From contig JBDRCO010000072.1 in assembly GCA_043821645.1 (NCBI GenBank), forward strand, positions 97,069 through 161,068: a stretch of 64,000 nucleotides of DNA, in the 5' to 3' direction. The notes beneath the pieces were generated by a model. That model was not told the origin of the DNA. It did no database searches and saw only the letters and a program-made list of their open reading frames with translations. This DNA comes from Pseudomonadota bacterium (lineage in GTDB: Bacteria > Myxococcota > JACRCW01 > JAFGSX01). Positions 1-9,912 of the stretch are shown piece after piece. The position numbers and the translations under genes were made by a program. Within the stretch, counting starts at the first letter, position 1. Every line of letters begins with the position of its first letter.

Positions 1-2
1 TC

Positions 3-197
3 TACGATCGACCGCCCGACGTCGTCGCGGCGGACAGCGTCGTCGATCTGCTGCGAATGATCGAACGTGCTCCCGCGGCCTGTGGGTGTTACGTGGGCGC
101 GTCGCCTGGCTTCGAGGACGCCCTGCGCTTGATGCGTGCTGGTCCCATGCTCGTGGCCGAGCCCGAGCAGCTCCGCGAGGGGAAACGGGGCACATGA
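3..197 (+). CDS. 3' end of an upstream gene (partial, hypothetical)
   Basis: Open frame from position 3 (YDRPPDVVAAD...REGKRGT*) with GC-rich third positions. Its TGA (195-197) overlaps the next ATG (ATGA). Confidence 0.6.
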   Translation, partial: YDRPPDVVAADSVVDLLRMIERAPAACGCYVGASPGFEDALRLMRAGPMLVAEPEQLREGKRGT

Positions 198-1180
198 AGC
201 GAAGCGTGCAGCTGGTGATCGTGCTGGTGCTCATCCTGGGCGGTGCGGCACTGCTGTACAGGCAGCTCTTTCCAGATGGCGGGGGCTCCCAGGTCTCGGC
301 CACAGACGCGGCAACCCGGGTCCTTCCGAAGCTGGATGCAGCACAGGGCCCCGACGAGGACGCGGGTCGCGAGGATGGAGCCACGGCCACCGCGACGCGT
401 GCCGAGATCATGGACCTCCGGGGGGTCGCGCAGCGCCGTCTGCCCGGGGGGCGCTGGGCAGACATCACCCAGGGCGACGCCCTCTCGCTCGATGACACCA
501 TTCGAACCCTCGGCGGTGGCAGCGCCCTGGTGCAACTGGGCAACGCGGTCCAGGTTCGGCTGACGCCACACACCGAGGTCACCATCCGCGAGCTGACAGA
601 GCGCACCTCGCGCGTCCGCATCGAAGAAGGCCGCATCGTGGCAGAGGTCAACCCGCAGGGGCGCACCGTGCTGCGTGTCGAGGCCAAGGGTTCCCGGGCC
701 GTGGCTGAGGCCTCCGCGGGCAGCTTCTCGATGATCAGCGACGGCCGTGGCCAGGTGGCGGTCGCCACCAGTGCCGGATCGGTCAAGCTGGTTGCGGCCG
801 GCGAGAGCGTGGACATCAGCGCCGGACAGGTGGCCCGGGTCAGTGGCGATGCAGCCCCCACGGCTCCGGCGGCCATTCCGACCTCGCTGTACCTCAAGGT
901 CGCGGCCCCCTTGCGTGCGATCCAGCGCGAGAAAGAGACCGTGGTCCAGGGCACCGCAACACCCGGGGCACTGGTGCGCGCGGGCGAGCAGGTGGCCATG
1001 GCCGACGAGCGGGGGGCCTTCCGACTGCGCGTACCCCTGCGCGAGGGCAAGAACGACGTGCAGATCCGCGTCACCGATGTCGAGGGCCGGGAGCGCACTC
1101 AAAAGATGCCGGCGATCACCGTCGATACCCGCGAGCCCACGATCCAGAACCCCCAGGTGCAGTGGGGCGAGGACCCCTGA
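194..1180 (+). CDS. FecR-domain membrane protein with C-terminal Ig-like domain
   Basis: N-terminal TM (LVIVLVLILGGAALLY), FecR-like beta segment (GDALSLDDTIRT...VRLTPHTEV...IEEGRI), C-terminal VPLREGKNDVQIRVTDVEGR Ig-like motif. ATG at 194. Confidence 0.75.
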   Translation: MKRSVQLVIVLVLILGGAALLYRQLFPDGGGSQVSATDAATRVLPKLDAAQGPDEDAGREDGATATATRAEIMDLRGVAQRRLPGGRWADITQGDALSLDDTIRTLGGGSALVQLGNAVQVRLTPHTEVTIRELTERTSRVRIEEGRIVAEVNPQGRTVLRVEAKGSRAVAEASAGSFSMISDGRGQVAVATSAGSVKLVAAGESVDISAGQVARVSGDAAPTAPAAIPTSLYLKVAAPLRAIQREKETVVQGTATPGALVRAGEQVAMADERGAFRLRVPLREGKNDVQIRVTDVEGRERTQKMPAITVDTREPTIQNPQVQWGEDP

Positions 1181-1300
1181 GCTCGGCCTCGCCCCGCCAC
1201 CCAAACCCATGGTCCTTGCACGGCCACAAAGTGGCATGGTGGTGCCATCGCCGCTATGCTGAAACGCGATGCGTCCGGAGTTCGCAGCGAGGAGAGTCCT

Positions 1301-3253
1301 GTGATCGGCAGCGTGTGCGCGCTGACCTGGATGGTGCTGTCCCAGCCCATGGCTGTGGATGGCATCCTGCCAGCCGGGGATATCCAGATCTCAGTCTCGC
1401 CGGACCATCTGGACCTCGGCGCCGAGCAGCCCGCCACGCTGACCCTGCATGTGTTCAACGCCGACGGCACACCCCAGGATCAGACGCCACCTGTCCTGCT
1501 CGCGTCGATGGGAACTGTTGACGGGCTCCGACGCGTGGCTCCCGGTGTGTTCGTGGCGTCCTACCTTCCTCCTCGATCTGGCTCCCCGCGGGTCGCGATC
1601 ATCCTGGCTCGGACCCGGACGCGCAGCGGCCTCATTGCCGGTTGGGCCCGAATTCCGTTGTGGGGCAAGGGCAAGGTCAGCCTCGTCACCAAGCCGCAGT
1701 CCCAGGTCTGGCTCCGTATCGGCGAGACGGCGTTCGGACCGTCCGAGTCCGATCAGAAGGGCCGCGCCAACATCGCCATCCGGGTGCCGCCTGGGCCCCG
1801 CCAGGGCATTGCCGAGACCCTGGATCTCGCGGGCAACACGAGCAAGAAGACCATCGATCTGGGGGTCCGGTCCTTCAACCGGATGGCTGCCTTCGTCCTC
1901 GACGAGAGCATGGTGGCCGATGGCAGCGAGCAGTCCGGCCTGATCGCCTTCGTCGTCGACGACAGGGGAGATCCTCTCATCGAGGCGGACATCCAGGTCC
2001 AGGTCCGGCGCGGCCAGGTGGGTACCGTGCTGCCCCTGGCGCCAGGCGTTTATCGCATCGCCTACAGCTCCCCGAGGGAGATCGGCGATGGCAAGGACAG
2101 CGTCGAGCTGAGCCTCGCCCTGGACCAGACCTCGCGCCGGAACCTGCAGATCGCGCTGACCCCGGGCCTTCCCCAGCGCATTGAGCTGTCAGTGTATCCC
2201 CTGGAGTACCGGGCGGGGTCCGCGGTGCGCCCGGTCATCACCCTGCGGGCTTTCGACGCGTCGGGAAACGTGGCGCCCGCGTCCCTGGTGGACCTCACCA
2301 CCCAGGGTGGCGTGCTGGGCAATGCGCAGCCGGCGGCCCAGGGCGCCGTGCGCATCCCGATCGAACTCAGCGACCGATTCGGCGGGCGCGAGGTTCTGGT
2401 GGTGCGCGCCGAGGCCGTGCGCGGCCAGGCCCAGGCGGAGCTTCGTGTGCCCTTGCTGCCCGACCGCTGCGCCAGGATCACCCTCCGCGGTCCCGAGCAA
2501 CTCATCGGCGACGAGCGGCGCGCGCAGTTCACCCTGCGCTGCACGGACCGCTTTGATAATCCCGCGCCCGCGGACGGCATCCAGGTCACGAGTGCTCTGC
2601 TCCTCGTCGAGAACGTGCAGCGGGCTGACGACGAGGTTCGCGTGACCGTGCGCACCCCCTTTCTGACCGCGCCCGACGACGCCACGCTGCTGGCCCAGGA
2701 CGGCGAGGCAAGGACCAGCTCCCGCGTCCACCTGCTCCCGGGGATTGGTGTGCAGGCCGTGCTGGGGCCTCGCCTGGTGCTCGGCTGGGCCTACGGCGAG
2801 CGCTGGCTCACCGGCGCGGCCCTGGACTGGTCGCTGGGGCTCCCGATTGGCCGCGACATGCTGCTTGTGGGCATGAGCCTGGGCGCGCTGCAGTCCCCCT
2901 CCGAGCGGCCACAACCAGGCCTCACGACGGGCGTACGCCGGCTGCTCACGTCCCCCCTGGTGTTCGCCGCGCAGTACGAAAAGCAGGTCCATCCGCGCAT
3001 CGCGCTCCATGGTGGGTTGAGCGCAGGCCCGCTGTTCGTGGCACCGACGCTCGAACGCAACGGCGCACGCGTCGATGCTGCACTGCGAACCGCACTCCTC
3101 GCGGAGGCCATCCTGGGCGCGGGACTGCGCCTCGGTGATGGCATGTTCACCCTGGACCTGCGGGGAGGCTATGCCCTACCCCTTGGCGACGAGTCCGGGC
3201 TCGGCATGCTGTCAGGGCTCTCCATGTCGATGGGCTACCGCTACTACTTCTGA
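1301..3253 (+). CDS. Multi-Ig-like (invasin/Big-type) protein with probable C-terminal outer-membrane beta-barrel
   Basis: Repeated Ig-like motifs (DDRGDP, DASGNV, DRFDNP; ADG..QSGLIAFVVD), amphipathic C-terminal strands ending in GYRYYF. GTG 1301 follows AGGAG; the ORF extends to 1256. Confidence 0.6.
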   Translation: MIGSVCALTWMVLSQPMAVDGILPAGDIQISVSPDHLDLGAEQPATLTLHVFNADGTPQDQTPPVLLASMGTVDGLRRVAPGVFVASYLPPRSGSPRVAIILARTRTRSGLIAGWARIPLWGKGKVSLVTKPQSQVWLRIGETAFGPSESDQKGRANIAIRVPPGPRQGIAETLDLAGNTSKKTIDLGVRSFNRMAAFVLDESMVADGSEQSGLIAFVVDDRGDPLIEADIQVQVRRGQVGTVLPLAPGVYRIAYSSPREIGDGKDSVELSLALDQTSRRNLQIALTPGLPQRIELSVYPLEYRAGSAVRPVITLRAFDASGNVAPASLVDLTTQGGVLGNAQPAAQGAVRIPIELSDRFGGREVLVVRAEAVRGQAQAELRVPLLPDRCARITLRGPEQLIGDERRAQFTLRCTDRFDNPAPADGIQVTSALLLVENVQRADDEVRVTVRTPFLTAPDDATLLAQDGEARTSSRVHLLPGIGVQAVLGPRLVLGWAYGERWLTGAALDWSLGLPIGRDMLLVGMSLGALQSPSERPQPGLTTGVRRLLTSPLVFAAQYEKQVHPRIALHGGLSAGPLFVAPTLERNGARVDAALRTALLAEAILGAGLRLGDGMFTLDLRGGYALPLGDESGLGMLSGLSMSMGYRYYF

Positions 3254-3275
3254 GCGATGCAGCATCGCTGCGGGC

Positions 3276-4799
3276 TCAGCGTGCTGTGAGATCGACGCTG
3301 CGCTGGACGCGTTCTCCAGCCCGGACCTCGACCTGGATCGTGCGCGTCAGGTCGAAGACCGGGTTGTGCAGGGTGATGCGGTGGGTTCCGACCGGCAACG
3401 AGAGGTCGCGCAGCGGTGTATGGCGCTTGATGGACACCCCGTCGATGGCCACCTGCGCCCAGGGCTCGGCGTGGAGATCCAGCCAGCCGTAGCCGGATGC
3501 CGCGTCCGCCGCCATCGAGGGCTGCGCCACCCGGATCGGTCTGCGGTGCGTGGGGCGGACAACGCCCGCATCCCGCCGCGACATCTCGTGCCCATCCTGT
3601 GCCGTCCGCTGCACTGCCGCATCCTCCGTCGTGGGCGCGAGAATTCCGGCCTCGCGGCCAACGACCTGCATCACCAGGGCTGGCGCAGCATCCCGGGGCG
3701 TCTGCAGCACTGCAGCGTCGAGCACCTGCCCCTCCCCGGGTCGCTGCCAGTCCCGTAGGGCGATCCCTGTGGCCAGCACGACCAGCCCCACCACCAGCGC
3801 TGGCACCCACCAGCGCCTGGAGTTGCCCGTGTCGGGCCTCCCCACGACCAGGGTCCGGCGTCGCGGTGCCGGACGCACCCTGTCCTCGAGCGGCTGGCGC
3901 TGACCCAGCACCTCGCTCATCAGCTCCTGCACCGGCACCGGCCCCAGCGACAGGCCCTCCTCGCGGGCGAGACGGCGCACCTGAGCGGCCACCTGCTCCG
4001 CGCCAGAAGGCCTCTCGCCGGCATCTCGCTGCAACAGCTGCAGGACCAGGGCATCGAGACCCGGCATCACCCCGTCGCGCAGCGACCCGGGCGCTGGAAT
4101 CTCGGCATCGCGAACAGCCTGGACCGTGTCCAGGTCGGTGTCGCGGTCAAACAGGGGCCGACCGGCCAGCATCTCCCACAGCACGATGCCAGCGGAGAAC
4201 AGGTCACTCGCAGGAGTCAGGGCCTCGCCGCGGGTCTGCTCGGGCGACATGTACGCGAACTTGCCCTTGAGGTCGCCGACCCGCGTCTTGTGCGTCTTGA
4301 CCACCACCTGCACCACGCCGAAGTCCGTGAGCTTGACCGCACCATCGGTCCCGCACAGCAGGTTGCCCGGGCTCACGTCGCGATGGATCAAGCACAACGT
4401 GCAGCCCTCCTCGTCCTCCATGGCATGCAGGTAGGCCATGGCGTCGAACAGGGCACAGGCCACGGTCAGGGCGAAGGCGAGCGGCAGGGGCTGACTGCGG
4501 CGGTCCTGAAGCAGGGTGGCGAGGTCCGTGCCATCCACCAGCTCCATGGCCAGGAAGGGTCCCTCCTCGTCGCTGCCGTGTTCGAGCAAGCGCACGACAT
4601 TGGGATGGCGCAACCGCGCCCACACCCGGCACTCGTCCTGGAACATCTCGACGTAGTCCGGGTCCGCGTCGAAGGGCCGCTTGATGCGCTTGAGCGCAAC
4701 CAGGGTGTCCCGGTCCAGGTCCCGGGCCAGGCAGATCTCTGCCATGCCGCCGTCGGCGAGCAGACCCAGGGATTGGTATCGAGACGTGCGTGGTTCCAT
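3276..4799 (-). CDS. Membrane Ser/Thr protein kinase with C-terminal PEGA domain
   Basis: GGMAEI, VALKRI, HRDVSPGN, DFG, GKFAYMSPEQ motifs; TM WWVPALVVGLVVLATGIAL; PEGA-like end (EPWAQVAIDG...LPVGTHRITL). Start set at ATG 4799 inside the longer ORF. Confidence 0.92.
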   Translation of the reverse strand: MEPRTSRYQSLGLLADGGMAEICLARDLDRDTLVALKRIKRPFDADPDYVEMFQDECRVWARLRHPNVVRLLEHGSDEEGPFLAMELVDGTDLATLLQDRRSQPLPLAFALTVACALFDAMAYLHAMEDEEGCTLCLIHRDVSPGNLLCGTDGAVKLTDFGVVQVVVKTHKTRVGDLKGKFAYMSPEQTRGEALTPASDLFSAGIVLWEMLAGRPLFDRDTDLDTVQAVRDAEIPAPGSLRDGVMPGLDALVLQLLQRDAGERPSGAEQVAAQVRRLAREEGLSLGPVPVQELMSEVLGQRQPLEDRVRPAPRRRTLVVGRPDTGNSRRWWVPALVVGLVVLATGIALRDWQRPGEGQVLDAAVLQTPRDAAPALVMQVVGREAGILAPTTEDAAVQRTAQDGHEMSRRDAGVVRPTHRRPIRVAQPSMAADAASGYGWLDLHAEPWAQVAIDGVSIKRHTPLRDLSLPVGTHRITLHNPVFDLTRTIQVEVRAGERVQRSVDLTAR

Positions 4800-4859
4800 T
4801 GCGACCCGGTCCAGGTTGCCTGTATCGTAGCCTGCCTGTTCAGGTGCGCAAAACTGCAG

Positions 4860-6101
4860 GTGGCGTGTCGTCCACGGAACCGGGAAGCATCGCTCGTGCT
4901 CGCTTGCTCCAGCATCCTGCTTGCTGCTCATCTGGCCCTGGCCAGCGCTCCCCGCGCGGCCATCCTGTCCCTCGACGACGGGGAGCAGGTCCCGGCGCAG
5001 CAGGCAGCCATCGAGGCGAGCCTGGCGGTCCGCGGCTACAGCAGCATCGACAGTGTGGATGCCCGCAGGTTGCTCGGCGACGAGCCTCCCGAGCAGGATG
5101 CCCAGGCGCTGGCCATCGAGGCCAAGAAAGCCTTTGGCGACTTCGATAGCACCACCGCACGCGAACGTCTGCGACAGGCCCAGGACATTCTGTTTGAATC
5201 GCCACGCATCCTTTCCGAGCGCACGCTGCTGGCGGACCTGCACCTGCTCGAGGGCCAGATCGCGCTCAGCGCGGGGCAGCACGACGAGGCCCTGCAGGCC
5301 CTGGCCCGCGCGGCACTGCTCGAGCCGGACAGGACCCTGCACCCCGGGCTGTATCCGCCGGACCTCATCGAGTCCTACACCGAGGCCCAGGATTGGCTGA
5401 AGACCCAGGCCCAGGGCGCACTGGTGGTGACGACCTGGCCGGAGCATGCGCATGTCTACGTCGACGGCGTGTTCCGCGGCGAGGCGCCGGCGGTGATCGA
5501 AGGTCTGCCCGCAGGCTGGCACTACGCCACAGCCGCCGTGGATGGTCGGGGCGCGCGCACGCGGCCTTTCCTCGTCGAGGGAGGGCGCTCCACACAGACC
5601 ACGCTGTTCGTGCCGGATGAAGCGGTCCGGGAGCAGCTCCCTTCGCTGCTGCGACGCTACCGGGCCCAGCCGGACGATGCCGATGTCGCCGCCAGGTTGC
5701 TCACCGCGGTGGGTGCACAGCTCCTCGTCGCCACGGGCACGAGCCACGACGCGGCGGCCCAGATTCTCGACGACGATCAGGCCGCGGTGGTCGTGGAGCC
5801 CGTCCTGGCGTCCACGATCGCCATCGAGGCGCGGGTCGACAAGCTCCTCGAAGCCCTCAGGAAAAAGCGCCCGGCCTCGCTGCCCGGCGTGGGCACCACA
5901 GCCACCTCGGACAGTCCACCGGCCTCGCTCGACCCGTCCGGCGATGGGGCTCCCTCACCCTGGCCCTGGATTGCCGCCGGGGCCGCAGGCCTGGTACTCG
6001 CAGGTGGAGTCACCGCCGCCATCGCCATCGCCATCGCCCTGGGGCAGCCCGAGGAGCCGGAGGATCGCGTCGATATCTACCTCGGGGGGCCCAGCCTGTG
6101 A
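4860..6101 (+). CDS. PEGA-domain protein with TPR-like region and C-terminal TM
   Basis: Signal-like N-terminus, helical region (LLEGQIALSAGQHDEALQALARA), PEGA (TWPEHAHVYVDGVFRG..P), TM WPWIAAGAAGLVLAGG. Start uncertain. Confidence 0.75.
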   Translation: MACRPRNREASLVLACSSILLAAHLALASAPRAAILSLDDGEQVPAQQAAIEASLAVRGYSSIDSVDARRLLGDEPPEQDAQALAIEAKKAFGDFDSTTARERLRQAQDILFESPRILSERTLLADLHLLEGQIALSAGQHDEALQALARAALLEPDRTLHPGLYPPDLIESYTEAQDWLKTQAQGALVVTTWPEHAHVYVDGVFRGEAPAVIEGLPAGWHYATAAVDGRGARTRPFLVEGGRSTQTTLFVPDEAVREQLPSLLRRYRAQPDDADVAARLLTAVGAQLLVATGTSHDAAAQILDDDQAAVVVEPVLASTIAIEARVDKLLEALRKKRPASLPGVGTTATSDSPPASLDPSGDGAPSPWPWIAAGAAGLVLAGGVTAAIAIAIALGQPEEPEDRVDIYLGGPSL

Positions 6102-6991
6102 TGCGGCTGCGCTCAGTTGCGCCGTGCGCGAGCGTCCTGGCCCTGGCCTGGATCCTCGGTGCATGCCCCAAGCCAGTGCCACCGCCAGTGCGCACCGTGT
6201 CCATCAAGCCGTACTTCAAACCGTCGTGCGACTCGATCTGTGTCAGCACCTGTCTGGCCTGCGTCGACACCCTGCAGGTGTTCGCCATCGATGCCACGGG
6301 CCAGCGCCTGGTCGAGCGCTGTCTGGACGTCACCGGACGCTGGGAAACCCTGTGCGACCTGGCCACCGGCAGTGCCCAGCGATTGCTCGAAGAAGTCCCG
6401 ACGAAAGAACCGGTGGTGCTCGAACTGCGGGCCTACCGTCGCCGCGACGCCTGGCGCCCGGATGCCGGTGTCGACGGAGGCAGCCTGTGCCAGGTGCTGC
6501 CGCGCAGCCGTGCGTGGAGCTGCGATGTCCACCAGAGCGACCTGATGCTGTGGGGCCGCGCGCGGCCCACGGATCTGAGCGCGGATGGGGGTCAGAGCAG
6601 CATCCTGGTCGAGTTCGAATGTCGCGCGGGCTGTGACTGCGTGGACATCGCAGCCCGCAAGCCGAGCTGCCCCGACGATCTGCCCGAGAGTGCGTGCGTC
6701 CCCGGCGATAGTTGCAGGCTGGGCTGCATCGATCAGACGGGCTGTTTCGAGGGTGCCCTGCGCTGCGACGTCGACGCCGGGCACTGTGACCCCGAATCTG
6801 CCGTCGGCTCGGCCACCCTCCCTTTCTGTGCGTCCTGCCAGCGTGCCAGCGACTGCCAGGACAGGTTGTGCATTGGCCGCCCGGGCCAGGATGGGGGCTT
6901 CTGCGCGCGCTCCTGCCCAGACCTGTCCTGTCCGCGCGGGGCGAAGTGCACAGCCATCGGCAATGACGGCGGATACAGCACCCTGCCCTGA
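6098..6991 (+). CDS. Cys-rich putative lipoprotein
   Basis: Lipobox-like ILGAC, many Cys in a myxobacterial-type pattern, GTGA overlap with the upstream gene. Confidence 0.7.
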   Translation: MMRLRSVAPCASVLALAWILGACPKPVPPPVRTVSIKPYFKPSCDSICVSTCLACVDTLQVFAIDATGQRLVERCLDVTGRWETLCDLATGSAQRLLEEVPTKEPVVLELRAYRRRDAWRPDAGVDGGSLCQVLPRSRAWSCDVHQSDLMLWGRARPTDLSADGGQSSILVEFECRAGCDCVDIAARKPSCPDDLPESACVPGDSCRLGCIDQTGCFEGALRCDVDAGHCDPESAVGSATLPFCASCQRASDCQDRLCIGRPGQDGGFCARSCPDLSCPRGAKCTAIGNDGGYSTLP

Positions 6992-7022
6992 ACCTGCGGC
7001 GGCCCCACGACGACGGGTGCGC

Positions 7023-7874
7023 TCAGGCCAGAGCCACGGCCTCGGCCACCACCACCTGCCCGCGGTCCTCCCGCACCCTGCAGGCCGCCACCACCGGGTC
7101 GTGCTCGAAGACCAGGATCCAGTTGTCCTCGACCGCCTGGGCCAGGATGGCTTTCTTCTCCTCGATGGTGGTCAGGGGATACAGGTCATAGCCCATGACC
7201 CACGGGATGCGCAGATGGGCTGTGGTCGGGATCACGTCGCCACAATACAGCAGGGTCTCGCCGCCACCCCGAACCCGTACCAGCTGCTGACCCACGCTGT
7301 GTCCCTCGCTGACCAGCACCTCGACACCGTCGAAGATCTCGGTATCTCCGTCGAGCAGGTGCAGCCGGCCGCTGCGCGCGAGCAGGGTCACCTCGTCGAG
7401 CTTGAACGAACCGCGATCCTTCTCACTGGCGTGCTCTGCCCACTTGAAGTGCCGGCGCTGCAGGTGGTGGGTCGCCTCGGAAAATGTCGGCACGAGGGTG
7501 CCCGCGCCATCCCGGCGCACGATGCCTCCGGCATGATCGAAATGCAGGTGGGTCAAGATCACATCCGTGACCTCGTCCGGCGCGACGCCGATGCGCTGCA
7601 GGGCGCCCAGGACACCTCCAGCCACGGGAGCCAGGTCGTAGATATCCTGCTCGCGCTCGCTCCAGTTCTCGCCGGCGCCGGTGTCGACCAGGACCAGCCG
7701 ACCGGCCACCCGCAGCAACAGGCAGCGCAGTGCCAGCGGGATGCGATTGCGCACATCCGCAGCGATCTGCTTCTCCCACAGCGGCTTGGGAACGACGCCA
7801 AACATGGCGCCACCGTCGAGCGCGAAGCGTCCCATCTCGATCGTTCGAACCTCGATCTCGCCCAGCTGTCGCAT
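7023..7874 (-). CDS. MBL-fold metallo-hydrolase (YtnP-like)
   Basis: LDGGAMFGVVPK, VDTGAG, THLHFDHAGG, GHSVG, WVMGYD, FEHDP motifs. Confidence 0.92.
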   Translation of the reverse strand: MRQLGEIEVRTIEMGRFALDGGAMFGVVPKPLWEKQIAADVRNRIPLALRCLLLRVAGRLVLVDTGAGENWSEREQDIYDLAPVAGGVLGALQRIGVAPDEVTDVILTHLHFDHAGGIVRRDGAGTLVPTFSEATHHLQRRHFKWAEHASEKDRGSFKLDEVTLLARSGRLHLLDGDTEIFDGVEVLVSEGHSVGQQLVRVRGGGETLLYCGDVIPTTAHLRIPWVMGYDLYPLTTIEEKKAILAQAVEDNWILVFEHDPVVAACRVREDRGQVVVAEAVALA

Positions 7875-8031
7875 CCTCGAACCTCGCACCTCAGACGTCC
7901 TGGTCGACCCCCTGGCACCTCGTCAATTCTGGGCCGTTCTCGCTCGAGCTGCAACGCTGGCGCTCGCGGGCACCGACGCCAGCGGCTTTCCTTGCACGCG
8001 GCCGCCGGAACGCGATACCACAGGAAAGGTG

Positions 8032-9912
8032 ATGCCACGCCAGCGCCACAGATGCGTGTTTTCGCGATACCGGACCAGGGCCGGTGCACTGTTCCTGTGC
8101 CTGACCCTGGCGTGTGAGCACACACCAATCAAACCGGACGAGACCAGCACCTTGACCCGGAGGTCGGCAAAGGACACGTCCCTGGCGACGCTGCCTGCCG
8201 ACGAGGTTCGATTCATCTCCTCCGAGGCTTACTACCACTTCTTGCAGGGACAGCTTGCGGCCGATGCTGGGCAGTGTGAGCGCGCGATCGAGCATTATCG
8301 AGAGGCCCTGTCCTTCGATCCGGACTCGGCACACCTGCACGTGCTCTGTGGCCGCTGCCTGCTTCGACTCGGACGCCTGGACGACAGCCTGCGCGAGGCC
8401 AGACGCGCCGTGGCACTCGATCCGTCGGGTGCCGATGCCTCCCTGCTGCTGGCCCGCGGCCTGATGCTCGCGCGGGATCTGCCGCAGGCCGCGCAGGTGC
8501 TCAAACGCGCCGCCGAGGCACACCCGGAGACCACGAGTCTCGTCGAACTGCAGGCGGAGATTGCCCTGGACCGGGGTCAGGACGAGTACGCGCTGCAGCT
8601 GATGCAGCGGCTCGCGACCCACGACCCCTCGGATCCGCGCCCAACCCTTGCTCTCGGCTTGTTGTTGCTGCGCCAGACCCGCTGGGAACTCGCGGCCCAG
8701 GCCCTGGAGCAGACACTGCAACGCGACCCCGATTCCCTCGACGCCATGGACGCCCTGACCCGAGCCTACGAGCACCTGGACCGCCGCGAAGACGCCGCAC
8801 GGGTGGCTGCACGCCGTCTCGATCTGACCCCGGACGACCGGGATGCCATCTATTCCTTCATGCGCCTGCAGGCGCGGACAGGTCAGCTGGGTCCCGCACA
8901 GGTGCTGATGCAGCGCTGGCACGACGAGGAAGGGAGCGCGGAGCTTTGGGTGGCGGCGGCCCAGGGACTGGCGGACGGAGGCGCCGACGCCAGCGCGGTC
9001 ACGGTTCTCGACGAGATCCTGGCACGCGAACCGGATCTGGACCTGGCCCTGTTTACCGCAGGAAGCCTGCATGCGCGACACGGCCGCCTGAAACGCGCCG
9101 ATACCCTCCTGCGCCGCCTCGAGCCCGGTTCTCCACTCTTCTCCGAAGCGCAGGTCGAGCGCAGTCGCGTGCTGTGGCGCATGGGACGCCTCCGGGAATC
9201 GCGGGAGGTCCTGGAGCAAGCCCGCACCAGCGTCCCCGACAGCCTCGAGATAAGCCTGGCTCTCGCCGATGTCCTCGCCCGCCAGCAACAGTACGAGAGG
9301 GCCTTCGCCATTCTCGAAGAGCTCCCCGTGCCCGCCCTGGGCCGCGAACTGGTCGTGGCGGCGCGCTCGCAGCTGCTGGCCGAGATGGGTCGTGCCGACG
9401 AGAGCGTGCAGGTTGTGTCTGACCTGGTGGCCCTGCGCCCCGACGATGCCGACCTGCTGGTGCTGCTGGCCATCGCCTACGAGCGCGCCGGACGAAAAGC
9501 CGAGAGCGAGGGTGCGGCGCGCCAGGCCCTCACTGCCATGCCGGACCATGTGGCCGCCCAGAACTTCCTGGCCTACACCCTGGCTCAGCACGGGGACAGG
9601 CTGGACGAGGCCGTAGAACTCGCCCGGAGGGCGGTGTCGACCAGTCCAGACGACGGCTACATCGTCGACACTCTGGGTTTCGTGCTGCTGCAGCAGGGAA
9701 GCGTGGCTGAGGCCAGACAGGTCTTGCTCAGGGCAAATGAACTCAGCCCCGACGAGCCAGAGATCCTCCTGCACCTGGGAGATACGGAGCGCGCTCTGGG
9801 TCAACACCACAGCGCCCTGAAACGCTACCGCCGCGCACTCCAGCTGAGCCCGCGCGAGCGAAGCGTCCGCGAGGCGGTGCAGGAGCGCTTGACCCGAGGA
9901 GGCTCGAGGTGA
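8032..9912 (+). CDS. TPR-repeat putative lipoprotein
   Basis: LTLAC lipobox-like motif, many TPR units, NFLAYTLA...DGYIVDTLGFV...EILLHLGD C-terminal signature. Start uncertain. Confidence 0.85.
   Translation: MPRQRHRCVFSRYRTRAGALFLCLTLACEHTPIKPDETSTLTRRSAKDTSLATLPADEVRFISSEAYYHFLQGQLAADAGQCERAIEHYREALSFDPDSAHLHVLCGRCLLRLGRLDDSLREARRAVALDPSGADASLLLARGLMLARDLPQAAQVLKRAAEAHPETTSLVELQAEIALDRGQDEYALQLMQRLATHDPSDPRPTLALGLLLLRQTRWELAAQALEQTLQRDPDSLDAMDALTRAYEHLDRREDAARVAARRLDLTPDDRDAIYSFMRLQARTGQLGPAQVLMQRWHDEEGSAELWVAAAQGLADGGADASAVTVLDEILAREPDLDLALFTAGSLHARHGRLKRADTLLRRLEPGSPLFSEAQVERSRVLWRMGRLRESREVLEQARTSVPDSLEISLALADVLARQQQYERAFAILEELPVPALGRELVVAARSQLLAEMGRADESVQVVSDLVALRPDDADLLVLLAIAYERAGRKAESEGAARQALTAMPDHVAAQNFLAYTLAQHGDRLDEAVELARRAVSTSPDDGYIVDTLGFVLLQQGSVAEARQVLLRANELSPDEPEILLHLGDTERALGQHHSALKRYRRALQLSPRERSVREAVQERLTRGGSR

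Noticed and set aside
4800-5747. Apparent 316-aa N-terminal extension of the Ser/Thr kinase
   Set aside because: It is the antisense of the PEGA gene; the kinase domain starts at ATG 4799.
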